Shown: piece by piece, positions 1-10,666 of the stretch
How positions within the stretch are numbered: position 1 is the stretch's first letter
Layout: every line of letters begins with the position of its first letter
From: Methanothermus fervidus DSM 2088
GTDB lineage: Archaea > Methanobacteriota > Methanobacteria > DSM-2088 > Methanothermaceae
DNA: 32,000 bases
NCBI GenBank assembly: GCA_000166095.1
Contig: CP002278.1
Span: 180,001-212,000, forward strand
Reading direction: 5' to 3'
Translations under genes and position numbers: made by a program
Notes under the pieces: generated by a model
What the model saw: the letters and a program-made list of their open reading frames with translations, nothing else
What the model was told of the DNA's origin: nothing
The model's database searches: none

Positions 1-2
1 GT

Positions 3-1685
3 GAGATAAGATATTTACTTTGGAATAGGGACGTAGATATAATCAATGATTTAAAACTTAAAGAAGGAGACGCTGTGAAAATACTTGGAGCTCAAGTTAG
101 AGAACGAGATGATGAAATTTATTTAAGTCATGGTGGTTTGAGTAGAATAGAAAAAGGTGATTATGACGTACCCAAATTTAAACCTAAAGTACATAAAATT
201 GGAGAGCTCCATGGTGAAGAACGTGATGTAACTGTAATTGGATTGGTTACAAAAGTCCAAGATATTGTTAAATTTGAAAGACCCGATGGAACAAAAGGAG
301 CTGTAAAATCAATTAAAATAAAGGATGATACTGGATCTACATATGTAAAACTTTGGGGAGAAGATGCAAAATTAAAAATTAATAAAGGAGATGTAATTAA
401 AGTAGTTGGAGGAAATGTTGTATTTGATGACTTTACATCTTCCTATTGTATAAATACAAATTGGAACACTAGGATAGAAATTAACCCTGAAAATATAAGT
501 AATGAATTATCAAATCTTTTAAAAGAATATAAAAATGAATTAAAACCAAAGAAAATAGGTACAATATTAGAAATGGATAGTGAAGAAGGTGAAGAAGTAG
601 ATGTACTAGGTAGGGTTATAAGTGTAAGTGAACCTCGTGAATTTCAAAGAGATGACGGTATTGGTATAGTGAGATCTGTGGAAATAGCTGATGAAACTGG
701 AATTATAAGAGCTTCATTTTGGGATGATAAAGCCTCTGAAAAGATAGATATAGGTGATGTACTACAAATAGAAAATGCGCGTATTAGAATAGGAAGTTAT
801 GGTGTTGAATTAAGTGTTGGAAAAACATCTCGAGTCATTCGAAAAGAAAATACGGCAGTTCCATCTCTTGAGGAACTTGAGAAAAAGATTTTTGTAACAA
901 AAAATATAAAAGATCTTGAAAGAGATGATAGGCACATAAAAATTATTGGACGTATTATTGATATTGGCGAAATTGCTGAAAATCAAAGAGAAGATGGTTC
1001 AATTATCAAGTTTAGAAGAATGGAAGTTGCAGATAAAACAGGTACAATCGAAGTTTCACTTTGGGATGATAAATATAATCTACCACTCGACATTGGAAAT
1101 GTAGTTGAAATTTATAATCCAAGAGTTGTTTTAAGAAATGAAAGGTTGGAATTAAGAGTAGGTAGGTCATCAGAAATAAAAGTATTGAAAAATGCAAAGG
1201 ATATTCCAAAACTTGAAGAACTGGTGGATTTACATTGGCCAAAAAAAGATATTAAGGATTTAGAACCTGGAGATAGGAACGTAAGAATAACTGGGAAAAT
1301 TGTAGAAATTTCAGGTAGTAGACCAATATCCTACCGTTGTCCAAATTGTCATGAACGTATAGATATAACTGAAGAATCTGTATGTAATTTCTGTGGTGAA
1401 CCAATCGATGAACCAGAACATTTACTAGTGATACCTGCTAAGCTTGTCAATGACACTGGAGAAATACGTGTGGTATTTTTCAGGAGAGAGGCTGAAGAAT
1501 TGATTGAGATGAAAACTGAAGAAATTGTCGAAATAATCAACGAAGTTGGAGAAGAAAATGCATTAGAAGATAGAATTAAAAGTTTTGAAGGAATAGACGT
1601 AACTCTTTTGGGATATGTGAGTGCAGATGAATATACTGGAGAACTCACGTTCATTCCCCGAAAAATAATTAAAAAGGAACTATAA
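3..1685 (+). CDS. rpa: Replication protein A (archaeal RPA/SSB), multi-OB-fold with Zn ribbon; 5' end lies outside the window
   Basis: The reading frame is open from base 3 (EIRYLLWNRDVDIINDLKLKEGDAV...). The GTG at 75 in the ORF track is therefore an internal codon of another OB repeat. There are at least four tandem ~100-aa repeats sharing D-x-TG-x-(I/V)-x3-(L/F)W(G/D)(D/E) followed by GDV. A CPNC...CNFC zinc ribbon is present. The gene sits 15 nt upstream of radA. Confidence 0.85.
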   Translation, partial: EIRYLLWNRDVDIINDLKLKEGDAVKILGAQVRERDDEIYLSHGGLSRIEKGDYDVPKFKPKVHKIGELHGEERDVTVIGLVTKVQDIVKFERPDGTKGAVKSIKIKDDTGSTYVKLWGEDAKLKINKGDVIKVVGGNVVFDDFTSSYCINTNWNTRIEINPENISNELSNLLKEYKNELKPKKIGTILEMDSEEGEEVDVLGRVISVSEPREFQRDDGIGIVRSVEIADETGIIRASFWDDKASEKIDIGDVLQIENARIRIGSYGVELSVGKTSRVIRKENTAVPSLEELEKKIFVTKNIKDLERDDRHIKIIGRIIDIGEIAENQREDGSIIKFRRMEVADKTGTIEVSLWDDKYNLPLDIGNVVEIYNPRVVLRNERLELRVGRSSEIKVLKNAKDIPKLEELVDLHWPKKDIKDLEPGDRNVRITGKIVEISGSRPISYRCPNCHERIDITEESVCNFCGEPIDEPEHLLVIPAKLVNDTGEIRVVFFRREAEELIEMKTEEIVEIINEVGEENALEDRIKSFEGIDVTLLGYVSADEYTGELTFIPRKIIKKEL

Positions 1686-1700
1686 TATAAGGAGATAAAA

Positions 1701-2636
1701 ATGACAGAGTTAGAAAATTTACCTAACGTGGGTCAAAAAACTGCCAAAAAATTACGCGATGCTGGATTTGGAGACATAATGAGAATAGCTACTGCAACTC
1801 CAAAAGAATTGGCAGTGAAAGCTGAAATTGGTGAAGGAATAGCAGAAAAAATAATTGCAGCCGCTAGAAAAATAGAAAAAATAGATTTTGAAACAGCATT
1901 GGATGTTGTAGAAAGGCGAAAAAATGTTGGTAGGATTACCACAGGTAGTAAAGCATTAGATGATTTAATAGGTGGTGGAATAGAAACGCAATCTATAACT
2001 GAGGTGTTTGGCGAGTTTGGATCAGGTAAAAGTCAGCTTGCTCATGAATTGGCAGTAACTGTACAATTACCTATTGAAAAGGGTGGATTAGAAGCAGAAG
2101 CCGTGTTTATTGACACTGAAAATACTTTTAGGCCTGAAAGAATTGAGCAAATTGCCAAACATTTTAAATTAGATACTAAAAAAGTATTGAAAAATATTTA
2201 TGTGGCGCGAGCATTCAATTCAAGTCATCAAATTTTGATGGCTGAAAAAGTAAATGATCTTATCCAAGAAGGTAAAAATATAAGATTAGTAATTGTGGAT
2301 TCCCTGACATCCCATTTCAGAGCTGAGTATGTAGGTAGAGAAGCTTTAGCTACAAGACAGCAAAAATTAAACCAACATTTACACACTTTACAAAATTTGG
2401 CTACTACATATAATATAGCTGTTTTTGTAACTAACCAAGTCCAGGCAAGGCCTGATGCATTTTTCGGAAGTCCAACTAAGGCTATTGGTGGGCATGTGTT
2501 AGGACATGCAGCAACATATAGGATATGGCTTAAAAAAGGAGCTGCCGGAAAAAGGATAGCAAGACTTGTTGATAGTCCATACCTTCCAGAAGGTGAATGT
2601 GTATTCAAAATAACTGAGGAAGGAATTGTAGATTAA
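1701..2636 (+). CDS. radA: DNA repair and recombination protein RadA
   Basis: 311 aa. N-terminal HhH region ([17 protein letters not shown]), Walker [10 protein letters not shown], Walker B LVIVDS and RecA-core motifs. AGGAGA RBS lies 6 nt upstream of the ATG. Confidence 0.95.
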   Translation: MTELENLPNVGQKTAKKLRDAGFGDIMRIATATPKELAVKAEIGEGIAEKIIAAARKIEKIDFETALDVVERRKNVGRITTGSKALDDLIGGGIETQSITEVFGEFGSGKSQLAHELAVTVQLPIEKGGLEAEAVFIDTENTFRPERIEQIAKHFKLDTKKVLKNIYVARAFNSSHQILMAEKVNDLIQEGKNIRLVIVDSLTSHFRAEYVGREALATRQQKLNQHLHTLQNLATTYNIAVFVTNQVQARPDAFFGSPTKAIGGHVLGHAATYRIWLKKGAAGKRIARLVDSPYLPEGECVFKITEEGIVD

Positions 2637-2640
2637 TTAA

Positions 2641-2655
2641 TTTTTTTCTTTTTTT
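2641..2655 (+). terminator. Oligo-T tract (T7-C-T7), candidate archaeal intrinsic termination signal after radA
   Basis: Two T7 runs begin directly after the radA stop (TAA 2634-2636). They are followed by the GGTGA RBS of the next gene, so read-through is also possible. Confidence 0.45.
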
Positions 2656-2664
2656 GGTGAATTT

Positions 2665-3576
2665 ATGGGATCAACTGAAACAATAATTTCGATAATTTTA
2701 GTCATTGGTATTGGATATTTTGCAAGACGTTTAAATTTATTAAAAACAGAAGATTCTACAATTCTAAACAAGATAGTAGTTAACTTAGCAATACCTTCAT
2801 TGATTTTTATTTCAATTTATAAAAGTAAGTTTGATATTTTTAATTTATTACCTTTAACTTTAGTCTCACTTTTTATAACATTTGTTACAGGGAGTATTGC
2901 TTTTTTATGGTGTAAATTACGGCGTCAAAATAAAAAAGATCTGTGGAGTATCGTAGTACCATCTGGACTTGTAAATTCTGGGTTTTTAGGATATCCTATT
3001 GTTTTAGGAGTTTATGGGATTACAGGTCTACTAAGAGCAATATTTTATGATATGGGATCTGTTTTGTCTTTCATAATTTTTGGAATAATACTTGGCATGA
3101 TATTTAGCAATGAAAAAATAAATTTAAGAAGTGTTTTTAAACATGTTACTTCATTTCCACCATTAATCGCAATGATTTTAGGTGTAATTGCAAATCTAAC
3201 ACATTTAAAAATTTATTCACCATTACTTGATACATTACATTATCTTGGCAATGCTACAGTTCCTCTTATAATGTTATCTTTAGGTTTGTCACTTAAATTT
3301 CACAGGATAAATAAATACAAAGGTAACATTACTTTCGTAAGTTTATTAAGATTATTATTCTCACCTCTTTTAGCCACATTTCTGACAAATCTTCTGGGAA
3401 TATATGGATTAGAAAAAAAAGTTTTGATTGTTGAAAGTGCAATGCCGTCAGCAATGTTAAGTATTGTATTATCTGTTAGGTATAGACTTAATCCAGAACT
3501 GACTGCTATTTGTGTCTTTACAACAACGTTATTAAGCCTTATTACAATCCCCTTTGTAATTTTTTTACTAAAATGA
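2665..3576 (+). CDS. AEC (auxin efflux carrier) family membrane transporter
   Basis: 303 aa, about 10 hydrophobic segments. The N-terminus IILVIGIGYFARRLNLL...LNKIVVNLAIPSLIF is typical of AEC/MdcF-like permeases. GGTGA RBS at 2656-2660. Confidence 0.8.
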   Translation: MGSTETIISIILVIGIGYFARRLNLLKTEDSTILNKIVVNLAIPSLIFISIYKSKFDIFNLLPLTLVSLFITFVTGSIAFLWCKLRRQNKKDLWSIVVPSGLVNSGFLGYPIVLGVYGITGLLRAIFYDMGSVLSFIIFGIILGMIFSNEKINLRSVFKHVTSFPPLIAMILGVIANLTHLKIYSPLLDTLHYLGNATVPLIMLSLGLSLKFHRINKYKGNITFVSLLRLLFSPLLATFLTNLLGIYGLEKKVLIVESAMPSAMLSIVLSVRYRLNPELTAICVFTTTLLSLITIPFVIFLLK

Positions 3577-3601
3577 ACACTTTTAAACGATCGATCCAAA
3601 C

Positions 3602-3611
3602 TTATATATTT
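3602..3611 (+). promoter_or_regulatory. Candidate TATA box (TTATATATTT) upstream of hdrA
   Basis: Best TATA-like element in the 116-nt spacer. It would give a leader of about 60 nt. No experimental support. Confidence 0.3.
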
Positions 3612-3692
3612 AATTCTTAAGAAAAAATGGAAAATTTTATTTATGATGACGTCATAATCATCCACAAAAATAACTATTATTTGGTGATTTTT

Positions 3693-5672
3693 ATGGCTGA
3701 GAAAAAATCAGAAGAACCAAGAGTTGGTGTATATATCTGCCATTGTGGTGTAAATATTGCAGGTGTAATCGATGTAAAAGCTGTTCGAGAATATGCAGAA
3801 ACACTTCCAAATGTTGTAGTTGCTAGGGATTATAAGTATTACTGCTCTGACCCAGGGCAAGAGGAGATACAGAGAGATATTAAAGAATTAGGAGTAAATA
3901 GGGTTGTGGTTGCAGCTTGCTCACCTCGTCTTCATGAACCTACATTTAGAAGATGTGTAGAAGAAGCTGGATTGAATCCATTCCTATTTGAGTTTGCAAA
4001 TATAAGAGAACAAGATTCTTGGGTACATATGGATGATCCAGAAGCTGCTACAGAAAAAGCCAAAGATTTAGTCAGAATGGCAGTTGCAAAGGCAAGATTG
4101 TTAGAACCTCTTGAATTTGAGAAAGTTCCAGTCACAAGAAAAGCGATGGTCATAGGTGGTGGAGTAGCAGGCATACAAGCAGCTTTAGATTTAGCTGATA
4201 TGGGATATAAAGTATATTTAGTTGAAAAGAAACCTACCATTGGAGGAAGAATGGCACAGTTAGACAAGACATTCCCAACTTTGGATTGTTCAATTTGTAT
4301 TTTAGCACCTAAAATGGTGGATGTTGGAAAGCATGAAAATATAGAATTGATAAGTTATGCAGAAGTAAAGAAGGTTGATGGTTACGTAGGTAACTTTAAA
4401 GTAACAGTTGAAAAGAAACCAAGATATGTAGATGAAGATTTATGTACGGGTTGTGGATCCTGCATAGAAGTATGTCCTATAGAAGTTCCAAATTATTTTG
4501 ATGAAGGAATGGGAATGAGCAAAGCTATATATATCCCATTCCCACAAGCAGTGCCTCTTTGTGCAACCATTAACAAAGACTACTGTATTGAGTGTAATCT
4601 GTGTGACCAAGTTTGTGAAAGAGGCGCTATAAAGCATGATCAAAAACCAGAAGAAATTGAACTTGAAGTAGGAACAATAATAGTTGCTACCGGTTATGAT
4701 CCATATGATCCTAGCGAGAAATATGAGTATGGATATGGAGTGTATGACAACGTAATAACAAGTATTGAGCTTGAAAGATTGATAAACGCATCAGGTCCAA
4801 CTGAAGGTAAAGTTGTAAGACCTTCTGATGGCAAAAAACCAAAGAGAGTTGCATTCATTCATTGTGTAGGATCTAGGGATGAAAAAGTTGGTAATCCATA
4901 TTGTTCAAGAGTTTGTTGTATGTATGCAATGAAAAATGCACAATTAATAAAAGAGAAAAAACCAGATACAGAAATTACATGTTATTACATGGATATACGA
5001 GCATTTGGTAAAGGATTTGAAGAATTCTATAAACGTTCACAAGAGAAATATGGTATAAAATTCATTAGAGGACGACCAGCAGAAATAATAGAAAACCCTG
5101 ATAAAACTTTAACAATAAGAGCCGAAGATACTCTACTTGGAAAAACAACTGAATATACATATGATCTAGTTGTACTTTGTGTAGGACTTGTACCACCTGA
5201 AGGAATTGAAGAATTAAGACAGACATTAGGATTATCAAAGTCTCCAGACGGATTCTTTATGGAAGCACATCCAAAATTAAGACCAGTTGATACACACACT
5301 GATGGTATATATCTTGCAGGTGTTGCACAAGGTCCAAAAGATATTCCCGATGCTGTAGCTCAGGCATCAGGTGCAGCATCAAGAGCTGCCATTCCAATGT
5401 CTAAAGGAGAAGTTTTAATTGAGCCAATCGTTGCCACTGTAAATGAAGATATTTGTGGTGGATGTGGAGTTTGTGTGGAGTTGTGTCCATTTGGAGCAAT
5501 TGAATTAAAAGAAGGAAAGGCACATGTAACCGTAGCTTTATGTAAAGGATGCGGAACATGTGCAGCAGCATGTCCATCTGGAGCAATGGATCAGAAACAT
5601 TTCAGAACACAACAAATAATGGCACAGATCGAGGCTGCATTAGGAGGAACGGGAGAAGTCACTGGAAAATAA
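3693..5672 (+). CDS. hdrA: Heterodisulfide reductase subunit A (HdrA), FAD/Fe-S flavoprotein
   Basis: N-terminus [27 protein letters not shown]-binding motif [16 protein letters not shown]. Several CxxCxxCxxxCP ferredoxin motifs ([48 protein letters not shown]). Start moved from 3627 to ATG 3693 because a GGTGAT RBS lies 5 nt upstream and the 22 extra residues look non-coding. Confidence 0.9.
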   Translation: MAEKKSEEPRVGVYICHCGVNIAGVIDVKAVREYAETLPNVVVARDYKYYCSDPGQEEIQRDIKELGVNRVVVAACSPRLHEPTFRRCVEEAGLNPFLFEFANIREQDSWVHMDDPEAATEKAKDLVRMAVAKARLLEPLEFEKVPVTRKAMVIGGGVAGIQAALDLADMGYKVYLVEKKPTIGGRMAQLDKTFPTLDCSICILAPKMVDVGKHENIELISYAEVKKVDGYVGNFKVTVEKKPRYVDEDLCTGCGSCIEVCPIEVPNYFDEGMGMSKAIYIPFPQAVPLCATINKDYCIECNLCDQVCERGAIKHDQKPEEIELEVGTIIVATGYDPYDPSEKYEYGYGVYDNVITSIELERLINASGPTEGKVVRPSDGKKPKRVAFIHCVGSRDEKVGNPYCSRVCCMYAMKNAQLIKEKKPDTEITCYYMDIRAFGKGFEEFYKRSQEKYGIKFIRGRPAEIIENPDKTLTIRAEDTLLGKTTEYTYDLVVLCVGLVPPEGIEELRQTLGLSKSPDGFFMEAHPKLRPVDTHTDGIYLAGVAQGPKDIPDAVAQASGAASRAAIPMSKGEVLIEPIVATVNEDICGGCGVCVELCPFGAIELKEGKAHVTVALCKGCGTCAAACPSGAMDQKHFRTQQIMAQIEAALGGTGEVTGK

Positions 5673-5697
5673 TTTTTTCCTTCCTTTTTTATTTTTT
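5673..5697 (+). terminator. Three T6 runs after hdrA (candidate termination or attenuation signal)
   Basis: TTTTTTCCTTCCTTTTTTATTTTTT follows the TAA stop directly. The next gene's GAGGT RBS follows at 5698-5702. Confidence 0.35.
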
Positions 5698-5708
5698 GAG
5701 GTAATTTT

Positions 5709-6380
5709 ATGGAAATTGAGAAATTTACAGAACTTTTGGATTTGAAAAAGACTCCTGTTGCAATAGCCTGGTCAACGAAAAAACCAGAAAATATTAAAAG
5801 AGGAGAAAAATCTAGATTTTGTGAAAAAATAGATAAAGTATTAGAAGGTGAGATATTTTATTCAACATCTGAAGATGAGGAATGTTTCGGAGGAGGAAAA
5901 TACACAGGCATGAAAGATCCTAAAAAATTTCCAAAAGAAATTAGGAGTGGAGAATTCCTTGTTAAACTAGGAGTCCATAAAAGTGTCCAAGCTGTGCAAA
6001 AATCCTGGTATAAAAATATTGCAATTGAATATGGTATTTTTTCTTACATTTTGTTTGCACCATTAAATAAAGCAAAATTTAAGCCAGATGTAGTGATTGT
6101 TATATGCAATGCAACACAGGCTATGAAATTATTACATGCCAGTGAATATGATGGTATTTCAACTGCAAAAGGTGCTGGAGCAAGTCCAATTTGTAGTGCT
6201 ATGGCTGCCCTACCATACCTCACAGGAAAAATTGTATATGGTTTTGCTGATATAGGATCAAGAAAACACATGAAAAATCTAGATGATAAAGATGTTATGG
6301 TTGCAATTCCTTATTCTCAGGTTGAAAGAATAATTCAAAATCTTGAAGAAATGAAAGATAAACCTATTTTTGTTGGCTAA
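5709..6380 (+). CDS. DUF169 family protein (function unknown)
   Basis: 223 aa. The N-terminal ...LDLKKTPVAIAW... pattern, the conserved Cys/Gly positions and the length match my recollection of DUF169/COG2043. GAGGT RBS upstream. Confidence 0.7.
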   Translation: MEIEKFTELLDLKKTPVAIAWSTKKPENIKRGEKSRFCEKIDKVLEGEIFYSTSEDEECFGGGKYTGMKDPKKFPKEIRSGEFLVKLGVHKSVQAVQKSWYKNIAIEYGIFSYILFAPLNKAKFKPDVVIVICNATQAMKLLHASEYDGISTAKGAGASPICSAMAALPYLTGKIVYGFADIGSRKHMKNLDDKDVMVAIPYSQVERIIQNLEEMKDKPIFVG

Positions 6381-6861
6381 TTAATTTATTTAATTTTGGA
6401 ATAATCTTTTTTACTTCTTTTTTAATTTCTTCTTTCTTCTTCCCAGCTATAGGATGTGGAATATCTAATATTCTTAAATTTTTTGCACCATAAGCTTTAG
6501 CCAAATTTTCAGCAAAATTTTTAAATTTACTTGAACAAATTGATATTGTTGGTATTCCTCTTTTTTCTAACTTTATTGCATCTAAAATCAGCCATGTTGT
6601 ACATGACCCACAATCACCAACTGCTAATATGCAAAGATCACCCTTTTCCATGTTTTTAATCTGTTTTTCGTTTGCAGGAGCACCAGCAGGTTTTCTAACC
6701 CATAATGTCTTTTTCACTTCTAAAAATTTTTCTATTGTCTTTAATATGATATCTGCATTTGGTTTTGTATTATCTACCAAAGAAACAGTATTTACATTCG
6801 ATATTTCATTGATTTTAACAGTTTTCATTGCACTTTCTGCAAGTGGATCTAAAATTTCCAT
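6364..6861 (-). CDS. Small CxxC protein resembling the 'UGSC family (seleno)protein' group, Cys variant (CGSC)
   Basis: 165 aa. The motif AVGDCGSCTTW is encoded at 6601-6612 (TGT GGG TCA TGT). AGGTGA RBS lies 5 nt before the ATG. The family assignment is from memory of the motif only. Confidence 0.5.
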   Translation of the reverse strand: MEILDPLAESAMKTVKINEISNVNTVSLVDNTKPNADIILKTIEKFLEVKKTLWVRKPAGAPANEKQIKNMEKGDLCILAVGDCGSCTTWLILDAIKLEKRGIPTISICSSKFKNFAENLAKAYGAKNLRILDIPHPIAGKKKEEIKKEVKKIIPKLNKLISQQK

Positions 6862-6871
6862 ATTTTCACCT

Positions 6872-8446
6872 TTAAGCTTCTAGACGGAACCTCTTAACAA
6901 CAAAATTTTTGTCTAGTGACAATATAAATGAAGCTGCTCTTGGACCTCTTTTCTTGCCAATTAATACTTTATAGATAGCCTGAAATGCTTCTTTAGCATT
7001 TAATCCATGTTCTCTCATTATGTCATATATTCTATTGTGTAATTCCACAGCATTTAGCTCTTCAGATTCAATGACCTTTGCTAATTCATTTAAAAATTTT
7101 ATTTGTTTTTCTGAAAGTTTTACTTTAGGAAGTTCTTTTTGGACTTCAAACTTTACTGACTCTGGTGCATATTTATCTAACCAATTTCTAACATGTCTTA
7201 CTCTTTCCTCTAAATATTTTTTATCTTTTTCATTTAATTCATCAAATTCTTTATTTTCTAACCTCTTAGGTAATTGTGAATTTCTTTTTAAAATATTGTA
7301 TAATTTTTCCATGTCTGATGCTATCTGACATGCTACAACCATAAATTTATAAGGTGGTCTGAAAGGTATCTCATCCTCTATTTTATCTACAGACACCTCA
7401 TATATCTTCTTTAACTTTTCTTCTTCTTGCTCAGACGCAGCTTCCTCTTCACCATAATATATTCTTTCAACTCTTTCAAACTGCTCCATTAAATTGAGGA
7501 ACGGGAATCCAGGATCAAAATCTCTATGTTTCATTGGTTTGCTCCTAAATATAAAGTAATTAAGAGTTTCTGGCGGAGCTATTTCTAACCATTGCTTCGG
7601 TGTAAAGAAAATACCTTTAGACTTTGACATTGCCCTACCTTTGAAACTTATCCATTCATATGGTACTGGATATGGTGGAGGGTAGTCAAAAATTTCCTTA
7701 GAAATTTCGCTACTTACATCATATGACCCGCCACTTGCTGCATGATCCTTTCCAAATGGTTCACAAGTCACATTCAATATTTTCCATCTTGCAGCCCATT
7801 CAACCCTCCACGTCAATTTTCCTTTTCCTTCTTTAATGTCACTTTCGCCTTCATAACCACATTTACATCTGTAGTAAACAATGTCATCTTTGAATTTATA
7901 ACTTTCAGTTGTTCCTATTCTTCCACATTTATCACAAATAGGATTGTAAGGCAACCAATCTTCACTGAGAGGAGTTTCACGATATTTATTGAATATTTTT
8001 CTTATCTCAGATGCCTTATTTAATGATTCACGAATGTAATCTTCATAAATGCCAGTTTTATACATTTCCGCTCCTGAAAATATCTTCATGTCTATGTTAA
8101 ATTTTTTCATTGCATCCAAGAATGGTTTTTTGAAATGTTCTGCAAAACTTTCGCAACAGCCATCTGGGCAAGGTATTTCTGAATATGGAACTCCAAGATA
8201 TTTCTTATATTCTTTAGGTAAAGGATAAGGAACTTTACGAAGAGGATCATAATCGTCGGCTACCCATACCAATTCAGCGTCTATCCCTTCTTTTTTTAAA
8301 TTTTTAGTTATTGCATGAGCAATAAAAACATCGCATGAGTTTCCTATGTGAATTGCCCCAGATATAGAAGTTCCACTTGCTATGACATGTTTTTTAACGT
8401 TTTTCTTTTTTAAATCTGATGCAATCCTTTCTATCCAGTGTTGCAA
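6872..8446 (-). CDS. lysK: Lysyl-tRNA synthetase, class I
   Basis: 524 aa. HIGN motif ([11 protein letters not shown]), KMSKS motif (AMSKSKG), Cys-rich insertion (CDKCGR...CKCG) and N-terminal (M)[11 protein letters not shown] start with an AGGGTGG RBS. Confidence 0.92.
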   Translation of the reverse strand: MQHWIERIASDLKKKNVKKHVIASGTSISGAIHIGNSCDVFIAHAITKNLKKEGIDAELVWVADDYDPLRKVPYPLPKEYKKYLGVPYSEIPCPDGCCESFAEHFKKPFLDAMKKFNIDMKIFSGAEMYKTGIYEDYIRESLNKASEIRKIFNKYRETPLSEDWLPYNPICDKCGRIGTTESYKFKDDIVYYRCKCGYEGESDIKEGKGKLTWRVEWAARWKILNVTCEPFGKDHAASGGSYDVSSEISKEIFDYPPPYPVPYEWISFKGRAMSKSKGIFFTPKQWLEIAPPETLNYFIFRSKPMKHRDFDPGFPFLNLMEQFERVERIYYGEEEAASEQEEEKLKKIYEVSVDKIEDEIPFRPPYKFMVVACQIASDMEKLYNILKRNSQLPKRLENKEFDELNEKDKKYLEERVRHVRNWLDKYAPESVKFEVQKELPKVKLSEKQIKFLNELAKVIESEELNAVELHNRIYDIMREHGLNAKEAFQAIYKVLIGKKRGPRAASFILSLDKNFVVKRFRLEA

Positions 8447-8458
8447 AGAACCACCCTT

Positions 8459-9736
8459 TCATTCCTCAAGCCATTTGTTTATAATTTTAACTGAACAATA
8501 TTTTCCACACATGGTGCATGTCTCAGGATCTGCTGGAGGTCTTTCATTTCTTATTTTTTTTGCATTTTTAGGACACATTGCAATTTCAAATTGCTTTTCC
8601 CAATCTAAATTTTTTCTTGCATGTGCCATTTTAAGATCTTGTTCGCCATGGTGGATTCCCTTAGCCATATCACCAACATATGCACCAATTCTGGTTGCTA
8701 TGACTCCTTGTTTAACATCTTCAGGATATGGCAATGCCAAATGTTCTGCAGGTGTAACATAACATATAAAATCTGCACCTGCTGCAGCTGACAATGCAGC
8801 TCCAATTGATGAAACTATATGATCATATCCAGGTGCAATATCAGTAACAACTGGACCTAACATATAATATGGGGCATCCCTACATAATTTCTTCTGCATT
8901 ATTACATTTGCCTTTATTTCATTTATTGGAATATGACCAGGACCCTCTACAATCGTTTGTACACCAAATTCTCTTGCTTTATCAACAAGTTCTCCTAGCA
9001 CTATAAGTTCCTGCATTTGTGCCCTATCGTTAGCATCGGCAATAGCACCAGACCTCATTCCATTTGCTAAAGAAATTACAAAATCATATTCTTTGGCAAT
9101 TTCTAAAACATAATCAAAATTCTCATATAAAGGATTTTCTTTACCATTTTCCACTATCCATGCAGAAATAAATGCTCCACCTCTACTGACCAATCCTCCT
9201 GCCCTACCTTGCCTTTTCAATCTTTTCAATGTTTCTTTATTAACACTACAATGTATTGCCATGAAATCAACGCCATCTTTTGCCTGTTTTTCAATAGTTT
9301 TAAAAATTAAATCTTCATCCATATATATCGCTGATCCACGCTTTCTTATAGCTTCAATTGCTGCCTGGTAGACAGGTACCGTACCAACAGGAATATCTGC
9401 TATTTTTAAAATTTCCCTTCTGATTTTATCTAAATTTCCGCCAACTGACAATTCCATTAATGTATCTGCCCCATATTTCATTGCAACTCTTGCTTTCTCT
9501 TTTTCCATATTTATATCAATTATATCTGTTGATGTTCCGATAGTTGCATTAACTTTAGTTCTGAGACCTTTACCTATTCCTACAGGTTTTACATCATGAT
9601 TAACATTGCTTGGAATTGCAATAAGACCCTTAGCTACACATTTTCTAACAAATTCCTCAGACACATTTTCATCTTTTGCTATTTTTTTCATTTCCTCTGT
9701 TACTTTACCTTTTTTTGCTTCATCCATCTGTGTCAT
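8459..9736 (-). CDS. thiC: Phosphomethylpyrimidine synthase ThiC (radical SAM superfamily)
   Basis: 425 aa, collinear with the ThiC core. C-terminal CTMCGKYCS (Cx2Cx4C) cluster motif. Confidence 0.95.
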   Translation of the reverse strand: MTQMDEAKKGKVTEEMKKIAKDENVSEEFVRKCVAKGLIAIPSNVNHDVKPVGIGKGLRTKVNATIGTSTDIIDINMEKEKARVAMKYGADTLMELSVGGNLDKIRREILKIADIPVGTVPVYQAAIEAIRKRGSAIYMDEDLIFKTIEKQAKDGVDFMAIHCSVNKETLKRLKRQGRAGGLVSRGGAFISAWIVENGKENPLYENFDYVLEIAKEYDFVISLANGMRSGAIADANDRAQMQELIVLGELVDKAREFGVQTIVEGPGHIPINEIKANVIMQKKLCRDAPYYMLGPVVTDIAPGYDHIVSSIGAALSAAAGADFICYVTPAEHLALPYPEDVKQGVIATRIGAYVGDMAKGIHHGEQDLKMAHARKNLDWEKQFEIAMCPKNAKKIRNERPPADPETCTMCGKYCSVKIINKWLEE

Positions 9737-9740
9737 TATA

Positions 9741-10661
9741 TCACTCCAAAAATTTTAGTTTGCCCCAATGCTTCTCATAACGATATTTAACATCTTCAAA
9801 TGTTGGTAAGTTGGTTTGGGAACCTTCAGACTCTATTACAAACGATGCTACTGTTGTTGCAAATTTTCCACAAGTTTCAAGGTCATTTCCTTTCAGATAT
9901 GATACTAGAAATCCTGCTCTGTACGAATCTCCTGCTCCAGTTGGATCAACAACTTTTCTACCTAAAGCTTTTATTTTTATCATATTTTTTGAATGAATAA
10001 TACTACCTTCTTTACCATAAGTTTCAACTACAATTTTAGGACCTAACTTTCTTAAATCTTTTTCATTAGTTTTTTTCTTTATCTTCCTAATTTCATGATG
10101 ATTACCAAAGAGAATATCACAAGTACTTAACATTTCCTTCAAATTTTTTGATGAATATAAGTAAAGGTCTTGACCAGGATCAGCAGAAACTATTTTGTTA
10201 TATTTTTTTGCAATTTTACCGCAACGAATATTAAATTTTGGATTACCAGTTGCTAAATGAATAATTTTAGCTTTTTTTATAACTTCTTTTGGCGGATCTA
10301 AATCTTCAAATTTTTCAGCCGCACCCCAATAAAAATAACTAATTTGATCGTTTTTTGAGTTCGTAACAACAAAAGCTCTTGGTGTTTTATAATTTTCTAT
10401 TTCTATTATTCCTTCCATATTTATATTCATCTTTTTTAATTTTTCATAATATTCTGTTTTTTTAAAGTCTTCTCCAACTGCTGACACAAGTCCTGATTTA
10501 AATCCTAATTTTTGAACTGCAACTGCAACATTTGCAGCTGCACCACCATGTAAATTTTCTAATTTTTCAACCTTTACTGAAGAATTTGGCGATGGAAAAT
10601 CTTCCACTTGCATAATATAATCAAATGCTGTATGTCCAACCGCAAGAATATCGATTGTCAA
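9741..10661 (-). CDS. PfkB/ribokinase-family carbohydrate or nucleoside kinase
   Basis: 306 aa. N-terminal [13 protein letters not shown] motif (HGGAAANVA) and C-terminal [13 protein letters not shown] anion-hole motif. TTG start preceded by an AGGTGAT RBS. The substrate cannot be assigned from sequence. Confidence 0.8.
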   Translation of the reverse strand: MTIDILAVGHTAFDYIMQVEDFPSPNSSVKVEKLENLHGGAAANVAVAVQKLGFKSGLVSAVGEDFKKTEYYEKLKKMNINMEGIIEIENYKTPRAFVVTNSKNDQISYFYWGAAEKFEDLDPPKEVIKKAKIIHLATGNPKFNIRCGKIAKKYNKIVSADPGQDLYLYSSKNLKEMLSTCDILFGNHHEIRKIKKKTNEKDLRKLGPKIVVETYGKEGSIIHSKNMIKIKALGRKVVDPTGAGDSYRAGFLVSYLKGNDLETCGKFATTVASFVIESEGSQTNLPTFEDVKYRYEKHWGKLKFLE

Positions 10662-10666
10662 TTATA

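Noticed and set aside
3646-3655. Perfect 10-bp palindrome ATGACGTCAT in the hdrA leader, a possible operator
   Set aside because: It is too short to be meaningful. My rough estimate is that a 10-bp palindrome somewhere in a ~116-nt spacer of this composition is not rare by chance. The flanks do not extend the symmetry. It would be worth revisiting only if conserved upstream of hdrA in relatives.
3627-3692. 22-codon N-terminal extension of HdrA in the ORF track ([22 protein letters not shown])
   Set aside because: A GGTGAT RBS sits immediately before ATG 3693. HdrA proteins begin close to the VGVYICHCG motif, and the extension looks like translated AT-rich spacer.
6601-6612. Possible selenocysteine recoding at the C/U-G-S-C motif (and in HdrA)
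   Set aside because: The motif is encoded TGT GGG TCA TGT, so both positions are ordinary Cys codons. No in-frame TGA interrupts any well-supported ORF in the window.
9737-9740. Looked for a TPP riboswitch upstream of thiC, and an FMN element upstream of ribC (18658-18667)
   Set aside because: thiC starts 4 nt after the preceding stop and ribC starts 10 nt after cbiO. There is no room for a riboswitch aptamer.
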